64,000 bases of DNA from Azotobacter chroococcum (GCF_004339665.1 NZ_SMMU01000012.1:13194-77193); one strand, 5' to 3'; counted from the first letter of the stretch, positions 38,076 through 49,223 are shown. The notes: a model not told the origin generated them from the sequence alone. Program-made: numbers and translations.

Positions 38076-38834
38076 TCAGGGCGCGGCCAGGTGGTTGTGC
38101 ATCAGCTTGCGCACCCCGGCGACGTGCCGTCGGCTCACGGTCAGCGCGGAGTCGCCGAGGCCGCGCAGATAGAGCTGAAAATGCCCGAGCGGCGTGCGCT
38201 GCAGCCGTTCGATGCGGTCGCGGGCGACCAGCGCATTGCGATGGATGCGCACGAAGCGCTCGCCGAACTCGTCCTCCAGGGCCTTCAACGGCTCGTCCAG
38301 CAGCACTTCGCCGCCCTCGTGGCGCAGGGTCACGTACTTGTGGTCGGCGATGAAGAAGATCGCCTTGTCCACCGGCACCAGCTCGATGCCCCGGCGGGTG
38401 CGCGCGCTGATATGGGTGCGCGGCACATTGCCGTCCGTCAGCGGCGGACGGGTCAACGCGGCCAGCTGGACCCGGCTGGGACGCTGGGCCCTCTGCAGGG
38501 CCTCGCGCAGCTGCTCGAGCCGCACCGGCTTCAGCAGATGGCCCACGCCGGTGTTCTGCAGCGCCGCCACGGCGAATTCATCGGCGGCGGCGCAGAAGAT
38601 CAGGGCGGGCGAGGCCTCCCGCTCGCACAGCCGGGCGGCCACCTGCAGGCCGTCCAGCCCGGGCATGCGGATATCCAGCAGAACGATATCCGGCCTCAAG
38701 TTGTCGATCAGGGCCAGCGCCTCCTCGCCGTTGCCGGCCGGAGGCTCGAGCACGCGATAGCCATCGAGCTCGCTCACCTGTCGGCAGAGCTGCTCCCTGG
38801 CCAGAGGGTCGTCGTCGACGATCAGAACATTCAT
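38076..38834 (-). CDS. algR: LytTR-family response regulator AlgR
   Basis: MNVLIVDDDPLAREQLCRQVSELDGYRVLEPPAGNGEEALALIDNLRPDIVLLDIRMPGLDGLQVAARL... receiver domain plus C-terminal LytTR domain, 252 aa. In the conserved position between hemC and argH. Confidence 0.9.
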   Translation of the reverse strand: MNVLIVDDDPLAREQLCRQVSELDGYRVLEPPAGNGEEALALIDNLRPDIVLLDIRMPGLDGLQVAARLCEREASPALIFCAAADEFAVAALQNTGVGHLLKPVRLEQLREALQRAQRPSRVQLAALTRPPLTDGNVPRTHISARTRRGIELVPVDKAIFFIADHKYVTLRHEGGEVLLDEPLKALEDEFGERFVRIHRNALVARDRIERLQRTPLGHFQLYLRGLGDSALTVSRRHVAGVRKLMHNHLAAP

Positions 38835-39063
38835 GTTGCTTCGGCTTCCCGCGTCAGTCCGGACATGAATAGCGTAGACAGCCGGAGTGACAGCCGTCAC
38901 GGTCCGGGCCGGGAGAATTGTGCGGCACGCAGCGCCGGGCGCGGCCGGCAGGGGCTGCAGGGTTTTCCCGCATACCCTGCTATCATCCGCGCAACCTTCA
39001 TCCATCCACCCTGACGGCCGCCTCCGCGGCCGTCCGCATTTGCGCAGCAGCCGAGAGAACGCC

Positions 39064-40458
39064 ATGAGCGCCGAGAAAACCAACCAGTCCTGGGGCGGCC
39101 GTTTCAGCGAGCCGGTCGACGCCTTCGTCGCCCGCTTCACCGCCTCCGTCGACTTCGACAAGCGCCTGTACCGCCACGACATCATGGGCTCGATCGCCCA
39201 TGCCACCATGCTGGAGCAGGCCGGCGTGCTGAGCCTCGCCGAGCGCGACGCGATCATCGACGGCCTCACGCAGATCCAGGCCGAGATCGAGGCCGGCCAG
39301 TTCGACTGGCGCGTCGACCTGGAAGACGTGCACATGAACATCGAGGCGCGCCTGACCGACCGCATCGGCATCACCGGCAAGAAGCTGCACACCGGACGTA
39401 GCCGCAACGACCAGGTGGCCACCGACATCCGCCTGTGGCTGCGCGACGAGATCGACGTGATCATCAAAGAGATCACCCGCCTGCAGGAAGGTCTGCTGGC
39501 CCAGGCCGAGCAGCATGCCGAAGTCATCATGCCCGGCTTCACCCACCTGCAGACCGCCCAGCCGGTGAGCTTCGGCCATCACCTCCTGGCCTGGTTCGAG
39601 ATGCTGTCGCGCGACCACGAGCGCCTGGTCGACTGCCGCAAGCGGGTCAACCGCATGCCGCTCGGCTCGGCCGCACTGGCCGGCACCACCTACCCGATCC
39701 AGCGCGAGATCACCTGCCGGCTGCTCGGCTTCGAGGCCATCGGCGGCAACTCGCTGGACGGCGTGTCGGATCGCGACTTCGCCATCGAATTCTGCGCCGC
39801 CGCCTCCCTGGCGATGATGCACCTGTCGCGCTTCTCCGAAGAGCTGGTGCTGTGGACTTCCGCCCAGTTCAACTTCATCGAGCTGCCCGACCGCTTCTGC
39901 ACCGGCTCGTCGATCATGCCGCAGAAGAAGAACCCGGACGTCCCCGAGCTGGTGCGCGGCAAGTCCGGCCGGGTGTTCGGCGCGCTGACCGGCCTCCTGA
40001 CCCTGATGAAGGGCCAGCCACTGGCCTACAACAAGGACAACCAGGAGGACAAGGAGCCGCTGTTCGACGCCGCCGACACCCTGCGCGACAGCCTGCGCGC
40101 CTTCGCCGACATGGTCCCGGCGCTCAAGCCGCGCATCGAGGTGATGCGCGAGGCGGCGCGCCGCGGCTTCTCCACCGCCACCGATCTCGCCGACTACCTG
40201 GTGCGCAGGGGCCTGCCGTTCCGCGACTGCCACGAGATCGTCGGCCACGCGGTGAAGTACGGCGTTGCGACCGGCAAGGACCTGGCCGAGATGTCGCTGG
40301 ATGAGCTGCGCCAGTTCAGCGACCAGATCGGCGAGGACGTGTTCGCCGTGCTGACCCTGGAAGGCTCGGTCAACGCCCGCGACCACATCGGCGGCACCGC
40401 GCCCGCCCAGGTGCGCGCCGCCGTGGCCCGCGGCAAGGCGCTGCTGGCCGCGCGCTGA
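39064..40458 (+). CDS. argH: argininosuccinate lyase
   Basis: [50 protein letters not shown]... 464 aa. Confidence 0.97.
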   Translation: MSAEKTNQSWGGRFSEPVDAFVARFTASVDFDKRLYRHDIMGSIAHATMLEQAGVLSLAERDAIIDGLTQIQAEIEAGQFDWRVDLEDVHMNIEARLTDRIGITGKKLHTGRSRNDQVATDIRLWLRDEIDVIIKEITRLQEGLLAQAEQHAEVIMPGFTHLQTAQPVSFGHHLLAWFEMLSRDHERLVDCRKRVNRMPLGSAALAGTTYPIQREITCRLLGFEAIGGNSLDGVSDRDFAIEFCAAASLAMMHLSRFSEELVLWTSAQFNFIELPDRFCTGSSIMPQKKNPDVPELVRGKSGRVFGALTGLLTLMKGQPLAYNKDNQEDKEPLFDAADTLRDSLRAFADMVPALKPRIEVMREAARRGFSTATDLADYLVRRGLPFRDCHEIVGHAVKYGVATGKDLAEMSLDELRQFSDQIGEDVFAVLTLEGSVNARDHIGGTAPAQVRAAVARGKALLAAR

Positions 40459-40470
40459 GACCGGGCAACT

Positions 40471-40491
40471 GCGCGGGCGCGCCGCCCGCGC
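40471..40491. terminator. 9-bp GC stem / 3-nt loop hairpin between convergent argH and corA (GCGCGGGCG-cgc-CGCCCGCGC), no T-tract
   Basis: Perfect inverted repeat seen in the sequence. May act on either strand. Confidence 0.35.
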
Positions 40492-41465
40492 TACAGCCAG
40501 TTCTTGAACCTGAACCAGGCGTAGGACAGCGCCGCCGAGCCGACCATCAGGCCCAGCGCCAGCGGGTAGCCGAAGTACCACTCCAGCTCCGGCATGTGAC
40601 GGAAGTTCATCCCGTAGACGGTGCCGACCAGGGTCGGCGGCAGGAACAGCACCGCGGCGATGGAGAACACCTTGATGATGCTGTTCTGCTCGATGCTGAT
40701 CAGCCCGAGGGTGGCCTCGAGCAGGAAGCTGCTCTCCCCGGACATCTTCGCCTGGTACTCGCCGAGGGAGCGCACGTCCCGTTCGGCGGTCTGCAGCCAG
40801 CCCCGCGCCGCCTCGTCCAGCCAGCCGTTGCCGGCCTGGCGGACGTAGCTGATCTGCCGGTCGATGCTCAGCAGGCTCTCGTTCAGTCGGGCCTGCAGGG
40901 CATTGTGCCGCCCGAGCAGCTTGACGACCTTCTGCAGGTCGGTCTTTTCCGGGTGGCGCTCGGCGGACTCGCTGAAGATCGCCCGCGACAGGCTGTTCAG
41001 CTGCTTCTGCAGCGTCTCCAGCACGTCGGCGATGCGGTCGACGACGCTGTCGATCAGCGCCGCGAAAACCAGCTCGCTGCAGCACTTGGAGCCGAGCCGC
41101 TGGACCCGCTGCCCGGCGAAGGTGCGAAACGCCGACAGCTCGGCGTAGCGCACCGTCACCAGCCACTGCCGGCCGAGCACGAAGGACACCTCGGCGATGC
41201 CCGGCTGATGCTCGCTGATGCCGCTGACCAGGCTGGCGGTCATGTAGAGGGTGCCGGCGCTCTCGTAGAAGCGCGAGGAATCCTCGATCTCCGTCATTTC
41301 CTCGCGGGTCGGGATGTCCACCCCGAGCATCCGCTCGAGGAACAGCTCCTCCTCGCGGCTGGGCTGCAGCAGGTCGATCCACAGAACGCCCGGCGGCAGC
41401 GCCTGGAGATCTTGCGCCGGCTGCCGGCGCAGGCCGTCGGCGTCGAGCAGGTAATAGGTGATCAT
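40491..41465 (-). CDS. corA: magnesium/cobalt transporter CorA
   Basis: 324 aa, ...YGMNF... GMN motif in ...[31 protein letters not shown]..., two C-terminal TM helices. Confidence 0.95.
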   Translation of the reverse strand: MITYYLLDADGLRRQPAQDLQALPPGVLWIDLLQPSREEELFLERMLGVDIPTREEMTEIEDSSRFYESAGTLYMTASLVSGISEHQPGIAEVSFVLGRQWLVTVRYAELSAFRTFAGQRVQRLGSKCCSELVFAALIDSVVDRIADVLETLQKQLNSLSRAIFSESAERHPEKTDLQKVVKLLGRHNALQARLNESLLSIDRQISYVRQAGNGWLDEAARGWLQTAERDVRSLGEYQAKMSGESSFLLEATLGLISIEQNSIIKVFSIAAVLFLPPTLVGTVYGMNFRHMPELEWYFGYPLALGLMVGSAALSYAWFRFKNWL

Positions 41466-41760
41466 GCAATGCCGTCCTGTTCCAGGGCATGGAGTGGAAT
41501 GGACCGGCGACCGCGGCCTGCGGCCGGTCGCCGGGCGTTATCATGGCGCGGCCGATCCACCACGGAGTCACCGTCCATGAGTGCCGAGCGAACCACCGAC
41601 ACGCGCAGGAGCACCTCGGGCGCCCCGCACTTCCAGATCGCCGCCGACCGCCAGTCGGCCACGCGGCGCGTACGTTACATCGAGACCAGCCATGCCGACG
41701 ACGGGAGCTGCCGTCTCTGCCAACTGGACAGCGGCACCTTGACCGCCGCAGGAGAACCCA

Positions 41761-42044
41761 TGAGCCAGCCAGACCAAGAACCGATGGACGACGAAGCCTT
41801 CGCCGAACAGACGCTGATCGAGGCCATCGAGAACCAGATCGCGGCGGACGACCCGCCGGCCGCCAAGGCCACCCTGAACAAGCTGACCCTGGTCGGCTAC
41901 GAACGGGAGGAGAGCCTCCACCTGATGGCCCTGGTGCTGGCCCACGAGATCGCCGCCATGCTGCGCGAGGACCGCCCGTTCGACGGCGCCTGGTACGCGC
42001 AGGCCCTGCGCGCGCTGCCGGAACTGCCCGAGGCGGCCGGCTAG
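41761..42044 (+). CDS. hypothetical protein (94 aa, acidic N-terminus)
   Basis: AGGAGA RBS 6 nt before the ATG at 41761. [69 protein letters not shown]... The longer ORF-track frame from 41578 is possible but has a weaker RBS. Confidence 0.5.
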
Positions 42045-42110
42045 TCAGCGCGACGGCCGCTACACTGGAGGACAACCGCCGTCGCCGACGGCCTGCCCCT
42101 GGAGTTGCCC

Positions 42111-42353
42111 ATGGCCTTCACCCAAACGCTGGTTGCCGAACTGGAAATCCTCGCCCTGTTCAACCTGGACAACGTCCAGGAAGAAGGCATCAAGGTCCAC
42201 CAAGATGCCGCCCCGGAGGCTGTGGCCGCCGCCCGCCGGCTGCACGACAAGGGTCTGATCAGCCGGCCCGACGGCGGCTATCTGACCAGTCTGGGCGTAG
42301 ACGCCGCCGAACAGGCACAGAGCCTGCTGACCATCCTGAGCGGTCCGCGCTGA
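42111..42353 (+). CDS. hypothetical small protein (80 aa)
   Basis: [81 protein letters not shown]... Confidence 0.5.
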   Translation: MAFTQTLVAELEILALFNLDNVQEEGIKVHQDAAPEAVAAARRLHDKGLISRPDGGYLTSLGVDAAEQAQSLLTILSGPR

Positions 42354-42364
42354 CCGCCCGCGGC

Positions 42365-42697
42365 TCAGAGCTCGGGGAACTCCAGTTCCTCGCCGACCTG
42401 TTCGAGGGTGACGCGGGCCAGCAGCTCACCCAGGGAGTCGCCGCTGGCATCGCAGATCCAGCGGCCTCCGGCTTCGTCGTAGTCGAAGTGGAAGCCGCCG
42501 GAGCGCGCCGCCAGCCACAGCTGGCGCAGCGGCTCCTGCCGGCTGAGGATGAGCTGGCTGCCGTTCTCGAAGCGGACGGACAGTACGCCCGCGGAGTTCT
42601 CCAGATCGATGTCCAGGTCGCTGTCTTCGAAAATGTCCTCGACGGCCTGCTGCAGGTCGTCGATCAGTCCGTGGAAGCGGGCTTCGGTAAGGCTCAT
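42365..42697 (-). CDS. cyaY: iron-sulfur cluster assembly protein CyaY (frataxin homologue)
   Basis: 110 aa, [76 protein letters not shown]... frataxin signature. Confidence 0.9.
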   Translation of the reverse strand: MSLTEARFHGLIDDLQQAVEDIFEDSDLDIDLENSAGVLSVRFENGSQLILSRQEPLRQLWLAARSGGFHFDYDEAGGRWICDASGDSLGELLARVTLEQVGEELEFPEL

Positions 42698-42871
42698 GCG
42701 GGTTCCTCGTCAGAACAATGGTGCTCAAGGCTGGCAACGATAGCCGATTCGCACGCCGGCGGGGATGGCAGCGCCCTGCAGGGCCCGCCCGGCGGGGGGC
42801 CCGCGCATAGGCAAGGCGCCGGGGGGCCGGTATACTCCGGCGCACTCGATGCGTTCACAAGGATTTCCGTC

Positions 42872-43006
42872 ATGAAGCGCCTGCTGCTTCAGCTACTCGC
42901 GCTGGCCGTGCTCGCCGCTCCCCTCGCCGGCTGTGGTCAGAAGGGCCCGCTCTACCTTCCTGACGACAAGAAAGCCGGCCACCGCAAAGACCGTTTCGAA
43001 TTCTAA
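42872..43006 (+). CDS. lppL: small lipoprotein (LppL/LptM family)
   Basis: 44 aa, [34 protein letters not shown]... lipobox LAGC. Immediately upstream of lysA as in Pseudomonas. Confidence 0.7.
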   Translation: MKRLLLQLLALAVLAAPLAGCGQKGPLYLPDDKKAGHRKDRFEF

Positions 43007-43059
43007 GAACCTGCCTGGTCGCCGCTGCGCGCTAGGACAGGCTTCTTCCCAGGAGGCCC

Positions 43060-44309
43060 CCATGGAACCCTTCAACTACCGCGACGGCTCGCTGTTCGCG
43101 GAAGGCGTGGCGCTGTCCGCCATTGCCGCACGCTTCGGCACCCCCACCTACGTCTACTCCCGCGCCCATATCGAGGAGCGATACCGCGCCTACGCCGACG
43201 CCCTGGCCGGCATGCCGCACCTGGTCTGCTTCGCGGTCAAGGCCAACTCCAACCTCGCCGTGCTGAACCTCCTGGCGCGTCTCGGCGCCGGCTTCGACAT
43301 CGTCTCTCGCGGCGAGCTGGAGCGCGTGCTGGCCGCCGGCGGCGATCCGGCGAAGGTGGTGTTCTCCGGGGTCGGCAAGACCCGCGAGGACATGCGCCGC
43401 GCCCTCGAGGTCGGCGTGCACTGCTTCAACGTCGAATCCGAGGTGGAGCTGGAGCGCCTGCAGGAAGTCGCCGCCGAACTCGGCGTCAAGGCCCCGGTGT
43501 CGCTGCGCGTCAACCCGGACGTGGATGCCCAGACCCATCCCTACATCTCCACCGGGCTCAAGGAAAACAAGTTCGGCATCGACATCGAGCAGGCCGAGGA
43601 GGTCTATGCCGGCGCCGCCGCGCTGCCCAACCTGGAGGTGCTCGGCGTCGACTGCCACATCGGCTCGCAGCTGACCACCCTCTCGCCCTTCCTCGACGCC
43701 CTGGACCGCCTGCTGCTGCTGGTCGACCGCCTGGCCGCGCGCGGCATCGCCATCCGCCACCTGGATCTCGGCGGCGGCCTCGGCGTGCAGTACCGCGCCG
43801 AGCAACCGCCGCAACCCGGCGAGTACATCGCCGCGGTGCGCGAACGGCTTGCCGGCCGCGCCCTGGCCCTGATCTTCGAGCCGGGCCGCTCGATCGTCGC
43901 CAACGCCGGCGTGCTGCTGACCCGCGTGGAATACCTCAAGCACACCGAGCACAAGGACTTCGCGGTGGTCGATGCGGCGATGAACGACCTGATCCGCCCG
44001 GCCCTCTACCAGGCCTGGATGGACGTGGTGCCGGTGACCCCCCACGGCGGCGAGATCTGCAGCTACGACCTGGTCGGACCGATCTGCGAAACCGGCGACT
44101 TCCTCGCCAAGGACCGCGAGCTGGCCCTGGTCGAGGGTGACCTGCTGGCGGTGCGCTCGGCCGGCGCCTACGGCTTCGTCATGAGCTCCAACTACAACAC
44201 CCGCGGCCGCGCCGCCGAGGTGCTGGTGGACGGCGAGCAGATGCACCTGGTCCGCCGCCGCGAAACCATCGAGGAACTCTACGCCGGCGAAAGCCTGCTG
44301 CCCAACTGA
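43060..44309 (+). CDS. lysA: diaminopimelate decarboxylase
   Basis: [67 protein letters not shown]... 416 aa. CAGGAGG RBS. Confidence 0.97.
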
Positions 44310-44322
44310 CACGGAGGCAGGC

Positions 44323-45153
44323 ATGCTGCTGCGTTTCACCAAGATGCACGGCCTCGGCAACGACTTCATGGTCCTCGACCTGGTCAGCCAGCACGCGCAC
44401 ATCCAGCCCAAGCACGCCCGGCAGTGGGGGGACCGCCATACCGGCATCGGCTTCGACCAGTTGCTGATCGTCGAGCCGCCGAGCCGGCCGGACGTGGACT
44501 TCCGCTACCGCATCTTCAACGCCGACGGCTCGGAGGTGGAGCAGTGCGGCAACGGCGCGCGCTGCTTCGCCCGCTTCGTGCTCGACAAGCGCCTGACGGT
44601 GAAGAAGCGCATCCGCGTGGAAACCAGGAGCGGCCTCATCGAGCTGGACGTCCGCCCGGACGGCCAGGTCTGCGTCGACATGGGCCCGCCGCGCCTGGAG
44701 CCGCAGGAGATTCCCTTCCAGGCCGAAGCCGCCGCCCTCAACTATTGTGTCGAGGTCGACGGCCAGGCAGTCGAGTTTGCCGCGCTGTCCATGGGCAATC
44801 CCCATGCGGTGCTGCGGGTGGCGGATGTGGAAAGCGCACCGGTGCACGCGCTGGGGCCTAAACTGGAACATCACCCACGCTTTCCGCAGCGGGTCAACGT
44901 GGGCTTCCTCCAAGTCGTCGACCGCCAGCACGCCCGGCTGCGCGTCTGGGAGCGCGGTGCCGGCGAGACCCAGGCCTGCGGTACCGGCGCCTGCGCGGCG
45001 GCGGTGACGGCGATCCGCCAGGGTTGGATGGATTCGCCGGTGCTGATCGACCTGCCGGGCGGCCGACTGTCCATCGCCTGGGCAGGCCTTGGCCAGTCGG
45101 TGATGATGACCGGCCCGGCGGTGCGCGTGTATGAAGGCCAGGTACGTCTATGA
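44323..45153 (+). CDS. dapF: diaminopimelate epimerase
   Basis: 276 aa, [23 protein letters not shown]...[20 protein letters not shown]... Confidence 0.97.
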   Translation: MLLRFTKMHGLGNDFMVLDLVSQHAHIQPKHARQWGDRHTGIGFDQLLIVEPPSRPDVDFRYRIFNADGSEVEQCGNGARCFARFVLDKRLTVKKRIRVETRSGLIELDVRPDGQVCVDMGPPRLEPQEIPFQAEAAALNYCVEVDGQAVEFAALSMGNPHAVLRVADVESAPVHALGPKLEHHPRFPQRVNVGFLQVVDRQHARLRVWERGAGETQACGTGACAAAVTAIRQGWMDSPVLIDLPGGRLSIAWAGLGQSVMMTGPAVRVYEGQVRL

Positions 45154-45164
45154 GGGTGTAGCCA

Positions 45165-45860
45165 ATGAGTGAGCAGTCCCAGGAACCCGTCGATGCCACA
45201 GCGGTTGAAAACTTCCTGCGCCGGAATCCGCAGTTTTTCCGGGGGCGCGAAGAACTGCTGACGGAGCTGAGCATTCCCCATCCGAGCGGCGCCGCGGTGT
45301 CGCTGGTGGAGCGCCAGCTCGGCCTTTTGCGCGAGCGCAACCACGAGCTGCGCGGGCGTCTGGGGCATCTGATGGAGGTGGCCCGCGACAACGACCGGCT
45401 GTTCGACAAGACCCGCCGCCTGGTCCTCGACCTGCTCGACGCAATCACCCTGGAAGAAGCGGTCGGCCTGGTCGAGGACAGCCTGCGCCACGAGTTCCAG
45501 ATTCCCTTCGTCGGGCTGATCCTGTTCGGCGAGCACGCCAGTCCGGCTGGCCGCTGGGTCGACACCGAGGAAGCCCTGCAGGCCATCGGCGGCCTGCTGG
45601 CCTGCGGCAAGCCGCTGTGCGGCGTGCTGCGCAGCCACGAGCTGGGCTTCCTGTTCGGCGAGGAGCGCCGCCCGCAGATCGGCTCGGCCGCGGTGGCCGC
45701 CCTCGACCATCAGGGCCTGCACGGCGTGCTGGCGGTCGGCAGCCCCGATCCCCAGCACTACCGGAGCAGCCTCGGCACCCTCTTTCTCGGCTACATCGCC
45801 GACGTCCTCGCCCGCCTGCTGCCGCGCCTGGCCAGCAGCCCGCTGCGCCCGGTCCGTTAG
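45165..45860 (+). CDS. DUF484 family protein
   Basis: 231 aa, MSEQSQEPVDATAVENFLRRNPQFFRGREELLTELSIPHPSGAAVSLVERQLGLLRERNHELR... Conserved between dapF and xerC. Confidence 0.8.
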   Translation: MSEQSQEPVDATAVENFLRRNPQFFRGREELLTELSIPHPSGAAVSLVERQLGLLRERNHELRGRLGHLMEVARDNDRLFDKTRRLVLDLLDAITLEEAVGLVEDSLRHEFQIPFVGLILFGEHASPAGRWVDTEEALQAIGGLLACGKPLCGVLRSHELGFLFGEERRPQIGSAAVAALDHQGLHGVLAVGSPDPQHYRSSLGTLFLGYIADVLARLLPRLASSPLRPVR

Positions 45861-45870
45861 GCCCTAGAGC

Positions 45871-46770
45871 ATGCAGGCCGATCTCGACGCCTTCCTCGAC
45901 CACCTGCGCAGCGAGCGCCAGGTGTCGCAGCACACCCTCGACGGCTACCGCCGCGATCTCGGCAAGGTCCTCGCCTACTGCGAGCGGGAAGGCCTGGCGG
46001 CCTGGAGCGCCCTGGACACCGCCCGCCTGCGCCGGCTGATCGCCAAACTGCACCTGCAGGGGCTCTCCGGTCCCAGCCTGGCACGCCTGCTCTCGGCGGT
46101 GCGCGGCCTCTATCGCTACCTGCTGCGCGAGGGCCGCTGCCAGCACGACCCCGCCGCCGGCCTGAGCCCGCCCAAGGGCGAACGCCGGCTGCCGCGCACC
46201 CTGGACGCCGACCGTACCCAGCAGCTCCTCGACGGCGCCGTCGAGGACGACTTCCTCGCCCGCCGCGACCAGGCCATCCTCGAGCTCTTCTATTCCTCCG
46301 GCCTGCGCCTCTCGGAACTGGTCGGCCTGGACCTGGAGCGCCTCGACCTGGCCGCCGGCCTGGTGCGGGTGCACGGCAAGGGCAACAAGGTCCGCGAGCT
46401 GCCGATCGGCCGCAAGGCGCGCGAGGCGCTCCAGGCCTGGCTGCCGCTGCGGGCGCTGACGCGGCCGGCCGACGGCGCGCTGTTCGTCGGCCGCCAGGGC
46501 CGCCGCCTGGGTCCGCGCGCCGTGCAGCTGCGGGTGCGCCAGGCCGGCGTGCGCGAGCTGGGCCAGCACCTGCACCCGCACATGCTGCGGCACAGCTTCG
46601 CCAGCCATCTGCTGGAGTCCTCCCAGGACCTGCGCGCCGTGCAGGAACTGCTCGGGCATGCCGACATCGCCACCACCCAGATCTACACCCATCTCGACTT
46701 CCAGCACCTGGCGGCGGTCTACGACCAGGCCCATCCGCGGGCGCGCCGTCGCAAGGACGAGACCCCATGA
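45871..46770 (+). CDS. xerC: site-specific tyrosine recombinase XerC
   Basis: 299 aa. The C-terminal ...[38 protein letters not shown]... contains the R-H-R-Y catalytic residues. Confidence 0.95.
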   Translation: MQADLDAFLDHLRSERQVSQHTLDGYRRDLGKVLAYCEREGLAAWSALDTARLRRLIAKLHLQGLSGPSLARLLSAVRGLYRYLLREGRCQHDPAAGLSPPKGERRLPRTLDADRTQQLLDGAVEDDFLARRDQAILELFYSSGLRLSELVGLDLERLDLAAGLVRVHGKGNKVRELPIGRKAREALQAWLPLRALTRPADGALFVGRQGRRLGPRAVQLRVRQAGVRELGQHLHPHMLRHSFASHLLESSQDLRAVQELLGHADIATTQIYTHLDFQHLAAVYDQAHPRARRRKDETP

Positions 46771-47468
46771 ACATCCGCCTGATCACCTTCGACCTCGACG
46801 ACACCCTGTGGAACGTCGCCCCGGTCATCGAAAGCGCCGAAGCCGAGCTGCGCGACTGGCTGGGCCGTCATGCGCCCCTGCTCGGCGCGGTGCCGGTCGA
46901 GCACCTGTGGCCGATCCGCGCCCGCCTGGTCGAAGGCGAGCCGGCGCTCAAGCACCGCATCAGCGAGCTGCGCCGCCGCGTGCTGCTGCATGCCCTCGAG
47001 GAGGCCGGCTACCCTGCTGCCGAGGCGCGGGAGCTGGCCGGGCAGGCCTTCGAGACCTTCCTCGCCGCGCGCCACCGCATCGAGTTCTTCCCCGAGACGC
47101 AGCCGACCCTGGAAATCCTCGCCGACCGCTACGTCCTCGGCGTGCTGACCAACGGCAACGCCGACGTGCGCCGCCTGGGCCTGGCCGACTATTTCCGCTT
47201 CACTCTCTGCGCCGAGGAGCTGGGCATCGGCAAGCCCGATCCGCAGCCGTTCCGCGAGGCGCTGCGGCGCGGCGGGGTATCCGCCGAGCAGGCGGTGCAC
47301 ATCGGCGACCATCCCGACGACGATATCCAGGGCGCCCAGCGCGCCGGCCTGCGGGCGATCTGGTACAACCCCGCCGGCAAGCCCTGGAGCCACGCCGGCG
47401 CGCCGGATGCGCAGATCGCCAGCCTGGCCGAGCTGCCGGCGCTGCTCGGCCGCTGGCAGGCCGGCTGA
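46767..47468 (+). CDS. HAD-IA family hydrolase
   Basis: [15 protein letters not shown]... DxDxT motif, 233 aa. Its start overlaps the xerC stop. Confidence 0.85.
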   Translation: MNIRLITFDLDDTLWNVAPVIESAEAELRDWLGRHAPLLGAVPVEHLWPIRARLVEGEPALKHRISELRRRVLLHALEEAGYPAAEARELAGQAFETFLAARHRIEFFPETQPTLEILADRYVLGVLTNGNADVRRLGLADYFRFTLCAEELGIGKPDPQPFREALRRGGVSAEQAVHIGDHPDDDIQGAQRAGLRAIWYNPAGKPWSHAGAPDAQIASLAELPALLGRWQAG

Positions 47469-47473
47469 CGGCC

Positions 47474-48286
47474 GTGCCCGGCGAGCCCCTCGCTCCCGGA
47501 CTCCAGCGGACCTGCCCGGCGTCGAGCCGCTATCGCCTGCTGCCGCCAGCGCTGGTGCTGCTCGCCGGCAGCCTCGCCGGGGGCATCCAGCCGGCCGGCC
47601 TGCTCGCCGGCAGCCTGTTCGTCGCCTGGGTGTTCGGCGTCCGGCCGCGCCTGGCGGACGGCCCCTGGCGCGCCGGCGTGCTGCTCGCCAGCCTGGCGCT
47701 GGCCGCTCACCTGCTGCCCGGCTTCACTCCATTGTGGCTCGCCGAACCCCGTCAGCTCAGTCCCGATGCGCCGCCCTACGGCGTGCGCCTGTCATGGGAC
47801 AAGCTGCTGCTCGGCGCCACCCTGCTCGGCTGGTGGTGGACGAAAACCGCCGCGCGCCCCCACTCCCCGGCACGGCCCGGCCGGACCTGGGCCTTGGCCC
47901 TGGCGACCCTGCTCGGCGTGCCGGCGCTGGCCCTGGCCACCGGCCTGGTGGCCTGGCAGCCGAAATGGCCCGCCGAGCTGCCGGTCTGGCTGGCAGTGAA
48001 TCTCGGCGTGACGGTGCTGGCCGAGGAGCTGCTGTTCCGCGGCCTGCTGCAGGGCGCGCTGGTACGGCGCCTCGGCACGGCCCGGGGGATCATTCTGAGC
48101 GCCGCCCTGTTCGGCCTGGCCCACGCGCCCGTCAGTCCGCTGTTCGCCCTGCTCGCCGGTGCATCAGGCCTCGGCTATGGCGGGGTCATGCAACTGTCCG
48201 GGCGGCTGGGCAGCGCCGTGCTGCTGCACGGAGCGGTCAACCTGCTGCACTTCCTGCTGCTCAGCTACCCGCTGCGCCTGAACTGA
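47474..48286 (+). CDS. CPBP family intramembrane metalloprotease (CAAX protease-like)
   Basis: C-terminal motifs EELLFRG...FGLAH...HGAVN typical of CPBP/Abi. No in-frame ATG after the upstream HAD stop. GTG at 47474 is the most 5' candidate; the exact start is uncertain. Confidence 0.6.
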   Translation: MPGEPLAPGLQRTCPASSRYRLLPPALVLLAGSLAGGIQPAGLLAGSLFVAWVFGVRPRLADGPWRAGVLLASLALAAHLLPGFTPLWLAEPRQLSPDAPPYGVRLSWDKLLLGATLLGWWWTKTAARPHSPARPGRTWALALATLLGVPALALATGLVAWQPKWPAELPVWLAVNLGVTVLAEELLFRGLLQGALVRRLGTARGIILSAALFGLAHAPVSPLFALLAGASGLGYGGVMQLSGRLGSAVLLHGAVNLLHFLLLSYPLRLN

Positions 48287-48292
48287 AGGCGC

Positions 48293-48328
48293 AAAAAAAG
48301 CGGCCCGGGATTCACTCCCGGGCCGCCC
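48293..48328 (-). terminator. strong rho-independent terminator of the sutA-like gene (10-bp stem GCGGCCCGGG/CCCGGGCCGC, 7-nt loop, T7 run on the minus strand)
   Basis: Plus strand reads AAAAAAAGCGGCCCGGGATTCACTCCCGGGCCGC. On the minus strand the hairpin is followed by TTTTTTT. Confidence 0.7.
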
Positions 48329-48354
48329 TTGCGCCACCAACCGGCTGGAAAGGC

Positions 48355-48675
48355 TCAGATGGGGCGGCTGCCATACTTGCTGTCGGGCTTCTTCGGCGGG
48401 TCGGCGACCACGTTCGGCTCGACTTCCTGCACCTTGCCGCCGCGCGCCAGGAATTCCTCCATGGCCCGCGCCAGCGCTTCGCGATCCTTCTGCTTGGCCT
48501 CGATGCTGGGCATCTCGTCGACCTCGGCGGAGCTCTTGGACTTCTTACCGGAAGCCACCACCCGGTCGCTGCCGTCGTCCTCCTCAGCCGCTGCTTCGTC
48601 GGCAGCATTCAGCTCTTCACCGTCCTCCTCTTCACCCGCTTCCAGCTCTTCCTGTTCCAGTTCTTCATCGCTCAT
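48355..48675 (-). CDS. sutA: small acidic-tailed protein, likely SutA-like RNA polymerase-associated transcription regulator
   Basis: 106 aa. MSDEELEQEELEAGEEEDGEELNAADEAAAEEDDGSDR... acidic N-terminal tail and a basic C-terminal region. Its position after xerC-HAD-CPBP matches my recollection that P. aeruginosa SutA is PA14_69770 (locus tag recalled, not verified). GAGG RBS. Confidence 0.55.
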   Translation of the reverse strand: MSDEELEQEELEAGEEEDGEELNAADEAAAEEDDGSDRVVASGKKSKSSAEVDEMPSIEAKQKDREALARAMEEFLARGGKVQEVEPNVVADPPKKPDSKYGSRPI

Positions 48676-48797
48676 GTTCGACCTCACGACTTGGGTACAG
48701 CAGGTTGGTTATAGTCCCGCCAGCGATCACCGCGACCCTGGCCCGCGGACACTGCAATTGATGGGCGATTCCAGCTCTGAGAGCTGCGCCGAAAAAA

Positions 48798-49223
48798 TCA
48801 GTTCCCCTGGCCCTGCAGCGTGGCCAGGACCCGACGTGCACCGCCCTGCTCGCGGTGCTCGCCGAGATAGATGCCCTGCCAGGTCCCCAGCGCCAGACGC
48901 CCCGCCGTCACCGGCAGCAGCAGCTGGCAGCCCAGCAGACTGGCCTTGAAGTGCGCCGGCAGATCGTCCGGCCCTTCGTAGTCATGTTCGTAGCCGCCCT
49001 CGCCCTGGGGCACCAGACGGTTGAAGAAGCGCTCGAAATCGCGCCGCACCGCCGCGTCGGCATTCTCGTTGACGGTCAACGAGGCCGAGGTGTGCTGCAG
49101 CCAGAGGTGCAGCAGCCCCACCCGGCAGGAGGCCAGCGCCGGCAGACCGGCCAGCAGCTCGTCGGTCACCAGGTGGAAGCCGCGCGGCCGCGCCCGCAGG
49201 GTGATGGTCGTCTGTTGCCACAT
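48798..49223 (-). CDS. YjbQ family secondary thiamine-phosphate synthase enzyme
   Basis: 141 aa, [80 protein letters not shown]... UPF0047/YjbQ. Confidence 0.85.
   Translation of the reverse strand: MWQQTTITLRARPRGFHLVTDELLAGLPALASCRVGLLHLWLQHTSASLTVNENADAAVRRDFERFFNRLVPQGEGGYEHDYEGPDDLPAHFKASLLGCQLLLPVTAGRLALGTWQGIYLGEHREQGGARRVLATLQGQGN

Noticed and set aside
38835-39542. Minus-strand coding potential upstream of algR that might represent a degenerate algZ/fimS
   Set aside because: The translation ([22 protein letters not shown]…) is the antisense of argH. It has no histidine-kinase features or TM pattern.
42426-42845. 139-aa minus-strand ORF overlapping cyaY and its upstream region, and the 505-aa plus-strand ORF 41489-43006
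   Set aside because: Arg/Pro-rich junk frames overlapping the well-supported cyaY and lppL genes.
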